From the NCBI GenBank assembly GCA_964409875.1, contig CAYPEN010000003.1, positions 64,557 to 128,556 on the forward strand: DNA of 64,000 nucleotides. Direction: 5' to 3'. The position numbers and the translations under genes were made by a program. Position 1 is the first letter of the stretch; each line of letters begins with the position of its first letter. Below the pieces are notes generated by a model, which was given only the letters and a program-made list of their open reading frames with translations, was not told the origin of the DNA and made no database searches. The DNA comes from an uncultured Gammaproteobacteria bacterium (lineage in GTDB: Bacteria > Patescibacteriota > Microgenomatia > Levybacterales > GWA1-39-11). Positions 48,618-59,716 of the stretch are shown in pieces.

Positions 48618-50591
48618 ATGTTCGATCTAATTTCAAAATACCAACCGACAGGAGACCAGCCTGCAGCCATCAAAAAATTGTCGAAAGGTTTGGAAAAGGG
48701 AGTAGACAACCAAGTGCTTCTTGGGGTAACCGGAAGTGGCAAAACATATACAATTGCAAACGTTATCAAAAATTACGGGCGTCCTACTCTGGTCATGTCT
48801 CACAATAAAACTCTCGCCGCGCAATTGTATCAGGAACTAAGAGATTTTTTTCCCAATAATGCGGTAAGTTACTTCGTTTCGTATTACGATTACTATCAAC
48901 CTGAAGCATATATCCCAACAACCGATACATACATTGCAAAAGAGACAGAAATAAATGACGAAATAGATAAGCTGAGGCTTGCAGCTACCACGAATCTCTT
49001 AACCCGTCCGGACACAATTGTCGTTGCATCGGTTTCATGTATCTATAACTTAGGATCTCCTCAAGAGTATGGAAAATATACGCTTGAAGTAGCAGTAGGA
49101 GAAAAGGTAAGCAGAAATTCCATCATAGATAGGCTTTTGGATTTGATGTATCAGAGGAATGACTACAATTTTAAGAGAAGTACCTTTCGGGTAAGGGGAG
49201 ATGTGGTGGAGGTTTTTCCCGGATACGAAGACAAATCGTTTCGCATAACATTTAATGGTGATTTTATCGAAAAGATAGAGCAGGTGGATCCGCTTACGGG
49301 GGATATTATTGAGAGCCGTAGGTTTGCTGTTGTGTACCCCGCAAAGCACTATATGACCGACGCAGCTACCTATGAACAAGTTTTTGACCAAATCCGAAAA
49401 GATATGCAACAGCAAGTCAAAAAATTCGAGAAAGAAGGAAAGCTTGTTGAGGCGCAAAGGATACGGCAGCGGACCGAATATGACCTTAAAATGATCAAAG
49501 AATTAGGGTATGTGAATGGCATTGAGAATTATTCCCGATATTTTGACGGACGCGCTCCTGGCGACCCCCCTTATTCGCTTTTGGAGTTTTTCAATCATGT
49601 CTCAAAAGACTGGCTCCTTGTTCTTGATGAATCGCATATGACTATTCCGCAAATACGGGGAATGTATAACGGGGATAGGGCACGAAAAGAGACACTTATC
49701 GATTACGGGTTCCGTCTTCCGGCAGCGTATGACAATAGGCCTTTGAAGGCCGACGAATTTTGGCAAAAGGTAAAGAAGACCATTTACATGTCGGCAACGC
49801 CCGATGAATACGAGCTTGATAAATCAGGGAAAGAAAATATTGCAGAACAATTGATAAGACCAACTGGAGTTGTCGATCCCGAAATTGAAATTAGACCAAC
49901 TGACGGTCAAATTCCCGATCTAATGCAAGAAATTGAAAAAGTAGTGAAAAAAGGAGAACGGGTTTTGGTGACGACCCTCACGAAAAGAATGTCTGAGGAT
50001 TTGACAACCTTTTTGGAAGAAAAAGGGATAAAAGTAAATTATCTCCATTCTGATGTCGATACGTTATCTCGCCAGGATGTATTGGACGATCTACGCAGCG
50101 GCGTCTATGACGTTTTGGTCGGCATCAACTTGTTGCGTGAGGGATTAGATTTGCCCGAAGTAGGGCTTGTTGCGATACTGGATGCTGATAAAGAAGGGTT
50201 TTTGCGTTCACGAAGCTCCTTAATCCAAATTATGGGAAGAGGTGCTCGGAGGGTTGATTCTCATGTAATACTGTATGCCGATGTACATACAAAATCTATT
50301 GAAGCCGCAGTGGCTGAGGTTGAGAGACGGCGCGAGTATCAGCTGAACTACAACAAAGAGCATGGAATTACCCCTCAAACTATTGAAAAAGAAATCAGGG
50401 CAAAACTGATTGAGCGGGAGAAAGTGTTGGAAGACCTTAAGCCGCTCATCGAAAAAGATGTTCTGCTGCCCGATGAGCGGGAAAAAGTGATAAAGACATT
50501 AAGAAAAGAGATGCAGCTTGCCGCAAAAGACTTGGATTTTGAAACCGCAGCTCAACTCCGCGACAAAATACGTTTTTTACAGCAACAATAG
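48618..50591 (+). CDS. uvrB: excinuclease ABC subunit B
   Basis: GVTGSGKT, YFVSYYDYYQPEAY, DESH, GINLLREGLD, C-terminal UVR motif. Confidence 0.99.
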   Translation: MFDLISKYQPTGDQPAAIKKLSKGLEKGVDNQVLLGVTGSGKTYTIANVIKNYGRPTLVMSHNKTLAAQLYQELRDFFPNNAVSYFVSYYDYYQPEAYIPTTDTYIAKETEINDEIDKLRLAATTNLLTRPDTIVVASVSCIYNLGSPQEYGKYTLEVAVGEKVSRNSIIDRLLDLMYQRNDYNFKRSTFRVRGDVVEVFPGYEDKSFRITFNGDFIEKIEQVDPLTGDIIESRRFAVVYPAKHYMTDAATYEQVFDQIRKDMQQQVKKFEKEGKLVEAQRIRQRTEYDLKMIKELGYVNGIENYSRYFDGRAPGDPPYSLLEFFNHVSKDWLLVLDESHMTIPQIRGMYNGDRARKETLIDYGFRLPAAYDNRPLKADEFWQKVKKTIYMSATPDEYELDKSGKENIAEQLIRPTGVVDPEIEIRPTDGQIPDLMQEIEKVVKKGERVLVTTLTKRMSEDLTTFLEEKGIKVNYLHSDVDTLSRQDVLDDLRSGVYDVLVGINLLREGLDLPEVGLVAILDADKEGFLRSRSSLIQIMGRGARRVDSHVILYADVHTKSIEAAVAEVERRREYQLNYNKEHGITPQTIEKEIRAKLIEREKVLEDLKPLIEKDVLLPDEREKVIKTLRKEMQLAAKDLDFETAAQLRDKIRFLQQQ

Positions 50592-50665
50592 ATATCGAAT
50601 CTTCCATGATCACATCATGGTTAAATACGGTATGTACAGCAACAATAATTTGTTATAGTGGTGTT

Positions 50666-51598
50666 GTGTACGATCCAACAAAACCTTCCACTTCCTCCGT
50701 CTTATCGCTTATCCGCTCAACATGGCAAACCCAGTATCTTAGGGTTACCCCCGGTGTTTACGCTGTTTTTGAACGAAAATTTAATTTTCCAGAAGTAGAT
50801 CATACTGATGGAATAGGGACAAAAGCAATATATCATTGGAAGAAAAAGACGTTCAAAAATGCAGTTCTTGACTCGCTAGCAATGAATTTGAATGATTTAC
50901 TCCTTGTAGGAGCAAAGGCATATAAATTGCAAAATCATTTGGTTCTGCCGAAGGATGACTCTTTGATCATCAAAAAGATTATGAAAACACTTGTTGCTGA
51001 ATGTAAAAAGAGAGAAATTGCGATTACTGGTGGTGAAACTTCAGTACATAGCAACGAGGAAAGCTTTGACATTGGGATAACTGTATCCGGTTTTATTAGA
51101 AAAATAATTACCAATAAAGCAAAAGCAGAGGATATTGTCGTTGGTCTTAAAAGCAATGGCCTCCATTCAAATGGATTTACCCAGGTGAGAAAATTATTTG
51201 GTGAAAAATACCGCAAAGAATTTATTTATCCCACAAAACTATATTATGATGATTTGTGTGATTTGCTGGAAGAATTTTCTATTAATGGCAGGATGCATAT
51301 AACCGGAGGTGCCTTTACTAAATTAAAGACAATTATTGGAGAAAATGAGGAGATTGTAATCGAGTCCCCCATCAAACCACAAAAAATCTTTTTTGAGATG
51401 TATGAGAAGGGATTGTCCAACAGAGAAATGTACACGACTTTTAATTGCGGGACAGGATTTATTTTGACTATGCCCGAAAAAGATGTAACGCGATTTCTTA
51501 AAAAAGTCTCTTATGCGAGAATAATAGGATTTATTCAGAGGGGGAGAGGATCAATAAAAATCAAATCATCTTTTAATAAAAACACTGTCTCTCTCTAA
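50666..51598 (+). CDS. AIR-synthase (PurM)-like protein
   Basis: TDGIGTK, AMNLNDL, GGET, SNGLHSNGFT, HITGG, TFNCG.G; N-terminal Y..AGVD segment absent; start re-called at GTG 50666. Confidence 0.8.
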   Translation: MYDPTKPSTSSVLSLIRSTWQTQYLRVTPGVYAVFERKFNFPEVDHTDGIGTKAIYHWKKKTFKNAVLDSLAMNLNDLLLVGAKAYKLQNHLVLPKDDSLIIKKIMKTLVAECKKREIAITGGETSVHSNEESFDIGITVSGFIRKIITNKAKAEDIVVGLKSNGLHSNGFTQVRKLFGEKYRKEFIYPTKLYYDDLCDLLEEFSINGRMHITGGAFTKLKTIIGENEEIVIESPIKPQKIFFEMYEKGLSNREMYTTFNCGTGFILTMPEKDVTRFLKKVSYARIIGFIQRGRGSIKIKSSFNKNTVSL

Positions 51599-51734
51599 TT
51601 CGCTTGAACTTTGTCCCCATTTGGGTGTACAATGGATAACTTTCTTTCCCAAATGGCGGAATTTGAAGCTAAAAAATGGCAGACACACACATCATTATAT
51701 TTCGTTTACTCATATAACAATTTCATAAAAAATT

Positions 51735-54614
51735 ATGGACAAAAAAATTATTATCAAAGGAGCCCGTGAACACAATCTAAAAGGAATAGATGTCGATATC
51801 CCGAAAGACAAATTAGTCGTTTTTACCGGACTTTCCGGAAGCGGTAAGTCATCTTTAGCCTTCGATACTATTTATGCCGAGGGACAGAGGCGTTATGTGG
51901 AGAGTCTGTCATCATATGCGCGGCAGTTTTTGGGTATCATGAAAAAGCCCAATGTAGATTTTATCGAGGGGCTTTCTCCTGCAATCTCAATTGACCAAAA
52001 GACAACATCCCACAATCCCCGTTCAACCGTCGGAACGGTCACAGAAATTTACGATTATCTTCGGCTTCTATTTGCACGAGTCGGGCATCCCCATTGTCCA
52101 AAGTGTGGGAGAGAAATAACGCGTACGACAAAGGAAAAAATAGTTGAGGAGATAGTCAATAAATTTGTTGGTGTGCATCCGACGAAAGTCATGATACTAT
52201 CTCCTATTGTCAGTGGTAGAAAAGGGGAATACATCGACCTATTTAAAGACCTACGGAAAAGATCTTTTCAGCAGGTAAGAATTGACGGGAAAATTATAAG
52301 CCTTAACGCCGATATTTCACTAATCAAAACCAACAAGCACACCATCGAGGCGATAGTCGATAAACTAATTTTGGATAAAAATTACGAAAGACAACGGGTT
52401 TTGGACTCTGTCGAGCAGGCCTTGTCTTTGGGAAGCGGGGAAATAATTATCTCCGAGGTAAAGGATAAAAGTTTTACATTCCCCGAAACGCCAACTGAAA
52501 TGGAGGACACATTTTATTCTGAGAAGTTTGCATGCCCTTATGATGGAACACCTATGCCAAAAATTGAGCCCAGACTTTTTTCGTTTAATTCTCCTTTTGG
52601 TGCGTGCCCTGAGTGTAATGGGCTTGGAAATATTATGACTGTTGATGAGGAATTGGTTCTCAATCCCCATCTGACAATTTCTGAGGGAGGAATTTTAGCA
52701 TTTGCCAATTTGTATGACCGAGAGACCTGGCTTACAAGAACTTTAAAAACGGCTTTTGAAGAAAATGATATCCCGATGACGGAGCTTATTATGACTCTTA
52801 CGCCTGAGCAAAAAAAGATTGTGTTGTACGGAACTGGGGATAGGGTTTATAAAGTAAAAGGCAGAAATCGCTTTGGAGAGCACACCTCAATTTACGAGAC
52901 GTATCCTGGAGTTGTCGGATATTTACAGGCTCGTTTCCTCGAGACCGATTCCGAGCTTATAAAAAAGGAAATCCAAAAATTTATGACCGCAAAAGTGTGT
53001 GACACATGTCTTGGTGCAAGGCTCAAACCTGAAGCATTGGCGGTAACAATTGACGGCAAATCAATTGTTGAAGTTTCGGATTTGTCCATTGAAGATTGTT
53101 ATGAATTTATGAAAGGGTTGAATGTAAAACTCGAGGGCAGGGAAATTCAGATTGCAACAATAATTTTAAAAGAAATTAATGCCCGCCTGAAATTCCTTTT
53201 TGATGTGGGGCTTTCATACCTTACGCTTTCGAGGTCTGCTGAATCATTGGCAGGAGGAGAGGCGCAAAGAATACGGCTTGCATCCCAAATTGGGAGCGGA
53301 CTTTCAGGGGTTCTGTATGTTCTTGACGAACCCTCCATTGGACTTCACCCTAGGGATAACACAAAGCTTATCGGAACACTTAAACACCTTCGTGATATCG
53401 GAAATTCGGTAGTGGTTGTTGAGCACGACAAAGAGATGATGATGGAATCGGATTATATTTTTGATTTTGGACCGGGAGCGGGTGAACACGGTGGTAACAT
53501 TATCGCTCAAGGAACTCCTCAGCAAATAGAAAATGATGAAAATTCTATTACTGGAAAATACCTATCAGGAAAAGCAAAAATAAAGATTAAGAAAGAGAGT
53601 CTTATTGAACCTGAGAGCCAGCGGTTCATTAGCCTTAAGGGCGTTACAGAACATAATTTACAAAATATTACCGTTGATTTTCCGCTCGGCAAGTTCATTT
53701 GCATAACGGGAGTATCAGGGAGTGGTAAATCAACACTAATAAATGACGTTTTTTACCATGCGGTGGCTCATTACAAAAATCCCTTCCATAAAGAAAAACC
53801 CGGAAAATTTACCGAAATATCTGGATACGATGAAGTAAAGAGGATTTTTATGATTGACCAGTCTCCAATTGGCAGGACTCCCCGTTCAAATCCGGCCACA
53901 TATACCGGTGCTTTTACTTATATACGGGATATTTTTGCAAATTCACGGGATGCCCGGATGAGAGGGTATGGTCCAGGCAGGTTCTCATTCAATGTTAAAG
54001 GTGGAAGATGTGAAACGTGTGAAGGAGAGGGACAAATAAAAATTGAAATGCAATTTCTACCCGATGTATATGTAAAATGCGAAACCTGCAATGGTACCAG
54101 ATATACGCAGGATACTCTTGAAATCCAATTTGATGGTAAGAACATTTCTGAAGTTTTAAATATGTCTGTTGAGGAGGCAATTCCTTTCTTCTCATTTCAC
54201 GAACCGCTTTCTTCGCGCCTTACAACTCTGAAAGAAGTGGGTTTGTCATATATTCGTCTTGGACAACCGGCTACTACTCTTTCAGGGGGTGAAGCGCAAA
54301 GGATAAAACTCGCCTCAGAACTTTCGAAAAAAGGAGGAGGAGGGTCTTTGTATGTGCTCGATGAGCCGACTACGGGACTTCACTTTGCTGACCTTGAGAA
54401 GCTTATCCAGGTTTTAAGACGTTTGGTTGATAAAGGAAATACGGTTATTGTAATCGAACACAACCTCGATCTTATTAAAAACGCCGATTATATAATCGAC
54501 CTTGGACCCGAAGGGGGACACTTGGGAGGAAAAATTGTTGCAACCGGAACTCCGAAAGAAATAGCTAAAGCACCTTATTCTTATACCGGACAGTATCTCA
54601 AAAAGGAGCTGTAA
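51735..54614 (+). CDS. uvrA: excinuclease ABC subunit A
   Basis: Two ABC cassettes ([16 protein letters not shown]), zinc fingers, LSGGEAQR. Confidence 0.99.
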   Translation: MDKKIIIKGAREHNLKGIDVDIPKDKLVVFTGLSGSGKSSLAFDTIYAEGQRRYVESLSSYARQFLGIMKKPNVDFIEGLSPAISIDQKTTSHNPRSTVGTVTEIYDYLRLLFARVGHPHCPKCGREITRTTKEKIVEEIVNKFVGVHPTKVMILSPIVSGRKGEYIDLFKDLRKRSFQQVRIDGKIISLNADISLIKTNKHTIEAIVDKLILDKNYERQRVLDSVEQALSLGSGEIIISEVKDKSFTFPETPTEMEDTFYSEKFACPYDGTPMPKIEPRLFSFNSPFGACPECNGLGNIMTVDEELVLNPHLTISEGGILAFANLYDRETWLTRTLKTAFEENDIPMTELIMTLTPEQKKIVLYGTGDRVYKVKGRNRFGEHTSIYETYPGVVGYLQARFLETDSELIKKEIQKFMTAKVCDTCLGARLKPEALAVTIDGKSIVEVSDLSIEDCYEFMKGLNVKLEGREIQIATIILKEINARLKFLFDVGLSYLTLSRSAESLAGGEAQRIRLASQIGSGLSGVLYVLDEPSIGLHPRDNTKLIGTLKHLRDIGNSVVVVEHDKEMMMESDYIFDFGPGAGEHGGNIIAQGTPQQIENDENSITGKYLSGKAKIKIKKESLIEPESQRFISLKGVTEHNLQNITVDFPLGKFICITGVSGSGKSTLINDVFYHAVAHYKNPFHKEKPGKFTEISGYDEVKRIFMIDQSPIGRTPRSNPATYTGAFTYIRDIFANSRDARMRGYGPGRFSFNVKGGRCETCEGEGQIKIEMQFLPDVYVKCETCNGTRYTQDTLEIQFDGKNISEVLNMSVEEAIPFFSFHEPLSSRLTTLKEVGLSYIRLGQPATTLSGGEAQRIKLASELSKKGGGGSLYVLDEPTTGLHFADLEKLIQVLRRLVDKGNTVIVIEHNLDLIKNADYIIDLGPEGGHLGGKIVATGTPKEIAKAPYSYTGQYLKKEL

Positions 54615-56452
54615 TGAAAAAGATACTGTTTTCCGTATTACCACTACTGTTACTATTTTTCCCACAGTATGTATATGCGAAAGACAACAATTTCGATATT
54701 TCGGTTGAGTCAAAATACACAGTGCATGATACCGGGATAACAACCGTATCCCAAACAATACACATCAAAAACAAAACCGAATTTTATTACACCCCAACGT
54801 ACACAGTTTCTATAGGGTTTTCAGATATCGAAAATATCGAAGCTTCCAACTCTGACGGTGGTATCCCCACAACAATTGATGACAAAAACCCCACAAATAA
54901 AAGTATCAAACTTACGTTCCCCAAGCGGTACGCAGGACTCTCAACTGTTAATACATTCACGTTAAAATTTGATACTAAGGATATAGCCAAAAAACAAGGG
55001 AACATTTGGGAAGTAACCATACCCGGTATTGCTGAGCCCGCTGATTTTGATAGTTATAGTACGACAATTGTTACTCCTGCCTCATTTGGAGAGGCAAGTG
55101 TCATAAAACCTGCCATCGAAAATAATAGCGCGTCAAATATCAAACTCACAAAGGAGGAAGTTGGAAGAGCGGGGGTTTATATTCTGTATGGACAAAAACA
55201 GTACTATGCATTTACCGTAAAGTATAATATCTCCAATCCAAACCTTTTTCCCGTAAAAACAGAGATTGCCCTGCCACGACAAACGAATTATCAGAACGTA
55301 CTCATAAATGAATTTTCATCAGAACCTTATGACGTAATAAAAGATAGAGACGGGAATTGGCTCGCGTCGTATAGGCTTTCCCCACAGCAGAAAAAAACAG
55401 TTGTAGTCAAAGGAGTTATTGAGCTTTTTGCAAGCCCACAAAGAGAAGAACTCTCCGCCTCTCAGGTGAGGGACTATACCCAGCCAAGGAAATATTGGGA
55501 TGCAACCACGCCTGCTATAAATAAGGCCGCGCAGGGCATGTCTACCCCTAAAGACATATATAACTACGTGCAAAAAACGCTGTCCTATAATTACACTAAA
55601 ATCGCGACTGATAACATACGGCTTGGTGGAAAAGGCGCTCTGGCAACACCAAACAATAGTGTTTGTCTTGAGTTTACAGATCTTTTTATATCTCTTGCGA
55701 GGGCAAAGGGAATACCTGCCCGTTCGGTCGAAGGGTATGCATATACTCAAAACACGAAGCTTCGCCCACGCTCACTTGCAAATGATATTTTGCATGCATG
55801 GCCCGAATACTACTCCCAAAGCCAAAAGCGGTGGGTAATGGTAGACCCGACATGGGGAAATACGACGAAGGGGATGGATTATTATGAGAATTTGGATTTT
55901 TCGCATATTGCATTTGTAATTAAAGGACTTGATAGCGAATATCCTATTCCTGCAGGAGGGTATAAATTTGATACGACATCAAAGGATGTTGAAGTTTCAT
56001 TTGCTAAGGCTTCACAATTTGTTGCCAACCAAAAACTGAAGATAGCCGATACATTTCCCGATTTTTCATTTCCCAAAATGACTATCCAAGGCAGTTTTGA
56101 GATACAAAATACAGGGAATGCCCCATTTGAAAATGCTGTTGTGAATGTTGTAACTAACAGAAAAACAACAAGGCAATTCCTCATAGATTATATTCCGCCC
56201 GGAGGAATAAAGCGCATTACTACCTCTTTTTCAGATGTTCCATTTTTGACAAACGGGAATGAGGTCATTACAATGCAGATTGGGAATGAGAAATACGTGA
56301 AGACTATCAAGATTTCGTTTGTTCCCGATATCACACAATTATTATTCATAGGAGGAATTTTAGGTGGAGCAAGCATTGTTGCAGCAATTACCTTCCGCAC
56401 CGGGAGTGTACTTGTTCAAAGACGAAAAGGGAAAAATTCTATACGTAGGTAA
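54614..56452 (+). CDS. exported, membrane-anchored transglutaminase-like protein
   Basis: Signal peptide; C-H-D triad VCLEF, HAWPE, VDPTW; C-terminal TM. Confidence 0.88.
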   Translation: MKKILFSVLPLLLLFFPQYVYAKDNNFDISVESKYTVHDTGITTVSQTIHIKNKTEFYYTPTYTVSIGFSDIENIEASNSDGGIPTTIDDKNPTNKSIKLTFPKRYAGLSTVNTFTLKFDTKDIAKKQGNIWEVTIPGIAEPADFDSYSTTIVTPASFGEASVIKPAIENNSASNIKLTKEEVGRAGVYILYGQKQYYAFTVKYNISNPNLFPVKTEIALPRQTNYQNVLINEFSSEPYDVIKDRDGNWLASYRLSPQQKKTVVVKGVIELFASPQREELSASQVRDYTQPRKYWDATTPAINKAAQGMSTPKDIYNYVQKTLSYNYTKIATDNIRLGGKGALATPNNSVCLEFTDLFISLARAKGIPARSVEGYAYTQNTKLRPRSLANDILHAWPEYYSQSQKRWVMVDPTWGNTTKGMDYYENLDFSHIAFVIKGLDSEYPIPAGGYKFDTTSKDVEVSFAKASQFVANQKLKIADTFPDFSFPKMTIQGSFEIQNTGNAPFENAVVNVVTNRKTTRQFLIDYIPPGGIKRITTSFSDVPFLTNGNEVITMQIGNEKYVKTIKISFVPDITQLLFIGGILGGASIVAAITFRTGSVLVQRRKGKNSIRR

Positions 56453-57650
56453 AGCTAAGGACCTAAAAAAGCGCGTATCTTCGTATTTTTCAAATAAGGC
56501 ACTTGATGCAAAGACATTAAAATTGGTATCTCTTGCTGCAGATATTGAGACAATTCAGGTTTCCTCGGAAATTGAAGCATTTCTTCTAGAATCGACACTT
56601 ATCAAAAAGCATAAGCCTTTTTACAATATCAAACTCATTGATGATAAGTCGTATCCTATGATTGAAATAACTACGAACGAAAACCCATCGGTTACTATTA
56701 CCCGGAAAAAAACAGACAAAAAAGCACACTATTACGGTCCCTATTCCGATGCAACAGCCCTTAAAACAGTTCTAAAGCTTATTAGGCGAATCTTTCCTTA
56801 CCAGTCGGTGAAAAATCATCCAAAAAGAAAATGTTTGTATTTCCATCTGGGACTTTGCCCTTGTTTGCCGGTAAATCCTGAAAAAAGGGAGGAATACAAA
56901 AATAACTTAAGGAATATAGGGAGATTTTTAGACGGAAAAAAAGATATGGTAATTAAATTATTGAGCAAAGAACGGGATAATTTTGCACAAGAAGAGGAGT
57001 TTGAGAGGGCCGCTTTGGTGCAACAGAGAATCGAGCGGATAACACTCATAACGAGTCCTACATACGACCCATTCCATTATATGGATAAGCCGGATTTTTA
57101 TTTTGAACGCATAGAAAGAGAAGTGCAGTCATTGAAAGAAATTCTTGCAGACTATTATGCTGATTTGGGAAATCTTGAGAGAATTGAATGCTATGATATT
57201 TCAAATTTTTCAGGCAAGCAAGCGACGGGGTCGATGGTTGTATTCCTAAACGGAGAAAAGGCAGCCAAAGAATACAGAAGATTTAAAATAAGGACTAAGG
57301 ATACACCTGACGACTTCCATATGATGCGGGAAATGCTCATGAGGCGCCTCAATAATGATGGGTGGCCCATTCCGCAACTGTTAGTTATTGATGGTGGAAA
57401 GGGACAAGTGGGAGCGGCGTTAAAGGCGTTGGCTAATATGGGAAAAAGAATCCCTGTTATTGGACTTGCAAAAAGAGAAGAAATAATCGTTGTCCCCTTA
57501 AAAAAACCTGGAGGAATTGAATTTGCAGAAGTAAAACTTCCTCATTCAACACCCGGCATTAACCTTCTGAGAAGAGTGCGTGACGAAGCGCACCGTTTTG
57601 CAGTTACATATCACAGGCTGCTTCGGAAAAAAGCCATGCTTCCCTCCTGA
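56364..57650 (+). CDS. uvrC: excinuclease ABC subunit C (no C-terminal HhH)
   Basis: LPSAPGVY..LYVGKA GIY-YIG, IECYDIS, IDGGKGQ, RDEAHRFA; AGGAGG SD. Confidence 0.95.
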   Translation: MEQALLQQLPSAPGVYLFKDEKGKILYVGKAKDLKKRVSSYFSNKALDAKTLKLVSLAADIETIQVSSEIEAFLLESTLIKKHKPFYNIKLIDDKSYPMIEITTNENPSVTITRKKTDKKAHYYGPYSDATALKTVLKLIRRIFPYQSVKNHPKRKCLYFHLGLCPCLPVNPEKREEYKNNLRNIGRFLDGKKDMVIKLLSKERDNFAQEEEFERAALVQQRIERITLITSPTYDPFHYMDKPDFYFERIEREVQSLKEILADYYADLGNLERIECYDISNFSGKQATGSMVVFLNGEKAAKEYRRFKIRTKDTPDDFHMMREMLMRRLNNDGWPIPQLLVIDGGKGQVGAALKALANMGKRIPVIGLAKREEIIVVPLKKPGGIEFAEVKLPHSTPGINLLRRVRDEAHRFAVTYHRLLRKKAMLPS

Positions 57651-57693
57651 TTGTGATATTCTATAGTAGGTCCACTGTGTAATCGGAATAATT

Positions 57694-58101
57694 ATGAAAA
57701 CAATACTGCGCAACGTCCTTTTGTATGCGTTTGCCCTTTATTTGACGCAAATGATATTTAAGGGCCTTGTCCTGCATGGGGGAATTAAAACACTAATTAT
57801 TGGTGGAATTCTTCTTGCGATAGGGTTTAAAGTGATAAAGCCAATTCTCTCCATAATCTCGCTCCCTTTCAACTTACTAAGCCTTGGCCTTTTCAGTGTT
57901 TTTATTACGGCCTTTATTCTTTTTTTGATAACTCTTATTTATCCGGCCATCGATGTGCGGCCGTTCACTTTCTATGGCATTTCTTTTTGGGGTATAGAGA
58001 TACACAAATTTTATGTTTCGCTCCTTTTGTCATATGTGCTTATTTCTGTTACAATATACCTCATCACGAAGCTCATATCTTGGTTGTTCAATATGAAGTG
58101 A
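57694..58101 (+). CDS. DUF360 / 4-TMS holin-like membrane protein
   Basis: IKPIL..ISLP.NLLSLGLF motif. Confidence 0.8.
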   Translation: MKTILRNVLLYAFALYLTQMIFKGLVLHGGIKTLIIGGILLAIGFKVIKPILSIISLPFNLLSLGLFSVFITAFILFLITLIYPAIDVRPFTFYGISFWGIEIHKFYVSLLLSYVLISVTIYLITKLISWLFNMK

Positions 58102-58150
58102 CTAAGATGTATTGGCGATAACGAAATAGTAACTGTCTTTTTGAGAAATA

Positions 58151-58366
58151 ATGAATATATTAGCGATTATCCAAGTCATTCTTTCGCTTCTTCTTATTGT
58201 AACAATTATTTTGCAACAGCGTGGAAGTGAAGCGGGAATTGCTTTTGGAGGAGGCGGAGAAAGCTTTAGAAGCAAAAGAGGGTTGGAGAGATTTCTTTTT
58301 TATGCGACAATTGTACTTGCAGTTCTCTTTGCTGCCAACTCCATCCTAACACTCGTATTGCAATAG
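58151..58366 (+). CDS. secG: preprotein translocase subunit SecG
   Basis: ILQQRG..G..FGG.....RG.ER.L...T. Confidence 0.93.
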   Translation: MNILAIIQVILSLLLIVTIILQQRGSEAGIAFGGGGESFRSKRGLERFLFYATIVLAVLFAANSILTLVLQ

Positions 58367-58370
58367 ATTT

Positions 58371-59714
58371 ATGGCGACTCTCAAAAGGCGATATTACGCT
58401 TGGCTCATAAAAGCGTACTTCAAGAAGATGCGCCGGACCATCATTAGTTCGCTCATTTTGGGTATACTAATTTTTTTCGCCCTTATTGGGCTCATCAATT
58501 ACTATTTCCGACCTCTCATATTTAAGACAACAGAAAATGTTGGGTATACGGGGACGTACACCATACAGACCATGCCCAAGGAAATACTCAACCAGATAAG
58601 CTATGGTTTAACAAAAGTGAATTCGGGCGGACAAGTTGTTCCGGGTGCCTCAACTTCCTGGTCAATTTCCGATAACAAAATATATACTTTTAAAATAAAG
58701 CAAGGCATTAAATTTCATAACGGCGAAGAATTGACAAGTAAAAATGTGAATTACAATTTTGAGGATGTAAATACGAAAGTGATCGATAAATATACTATAC
58801 AATTTGCATTAAAAAATCCTTATTCACCTTTTCTAACAACAGTTGCTAGACCAATTTTCGGGAAGAAATTATCGGGAATCGGAAAGTATAAAGTTGAAAA
58901 TATCGACCTTAACGGTGGGTTCGTACGAAGCATTACACTTGCTGATACTGCCTTGAATAATAGGAAGAGAAAAATATATTTTTATCCAACGCAGCGTGCT
59001 TTAAAAGTTGCATTTCTTCTTGGAGAAGTGAGTAAAATTTATGGTGCATCCTCAACGAAAATTGACGACACAGATCTTGCGAAATGGTCAAAGGTTAAGT
59101 CTCAAGGGTATATTAATTATTCATCTCTTATATCTATATTTTACAATAGCAATGATTCTGTTCTGAATAACAAAAAAATACGCCAGGCACTCAACTACGC
59201 ACTTCCGGCCAGTGTAGATATGGGGGAAAGAGCATTCGGTCCCATACCTCCCAATTCTTTGTATTTCAGCCAACCCCCTTCGTATAAGATTTCAGACATA
59301 GAGCTTTCGAAAACGCTCCTTTCATCCATTAAAGAACCCCTCAATGAAACACTGACTATTTCGACAACCGATGAATACCAGAGAGTTGCCCAGGAAATTC
59401 AAAAAGCATGGGAGCAATTGGGAGTAAAGACTAAAATAAAGCTGGTGCAAGATATCCCTACCGACTTTCAAATTTTTATCTATAAAATTAAAATTCCCGA
59501 AGATCCGGACCAGTATGTTTTATGGCACTCGGACCAAGCAAATAACATTACCCATTATAAAAATCTTCGAATCGATAAATTGCTTGAAGACGGGCGGTCA
59601 ATAACTGATATCGAAAAAAGGAAAAAAATATATGCAGATTTTCAGAAATACCTTACGGACGACGTACCTGCATCTTTTTACTATTTTCCCCGTGAATATA
59701 ATCTTACAAAATAA
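58371..59714 (+). CDS. ABC transporter family-5 substrate-binding protein (orphan)
   Basis: YTFKI..GIKFHNG..LT, GIGKY, RQAL.YA, DPD.Y..WHS, R...Y..FQ....D.PA. Confidence 0.88.
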   Translation: MATLKRRYYAWLIKAYFKKMRRTIISSLILGILIFFALIGLINYYFRPLIFKTTENVGYTGTYTIQTMPKEILNQISYGLTKVNSGGQVVPGASTSWSISDNKIYTFKIKQGIKFHNGEELTSKNVNYNFEDVNTKVIDKYTIQFALKNPYSPFLTTVARPIFGKKLSGIGKYKVENIDLNGGFVRSITLADTALNNRKRKIYFYPTQRALKVAFLLGEVSKIYGASSTKIDDTDLAKWSKVKSQGYINYSSLISIFYNSNDSVLNNKKIRQALNYALPASVDMGERAFGPIPPNSLYFSQPPSYKISDIELSKTLLSSIKEPLNETLTISTTDEYQRVAQEIQKAWEQLGVKTKIKLVQDIPTDFQIFIYKIKIPEDPDQYVLWHSDQANNITHYKNLRIDKLLEDGRSITDIEKRKKIYADFQKYLTDDVPASFYYFPREYNLTK

Positions 59715-59716
59715 AT

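Noticed and set aside
51632-51769. Short ORF upstream of and overlapping the uvrA start
   Set aside because: It starts inside the putative -10 (TACAAT), has no SD and no motif; likely spurious.
57694-58101. Holin as evidence of a prophage
   Set aside because: DUF360-type proteins are common chromosomal membrane proteins; the context is uvrC-secG with no endolysin.
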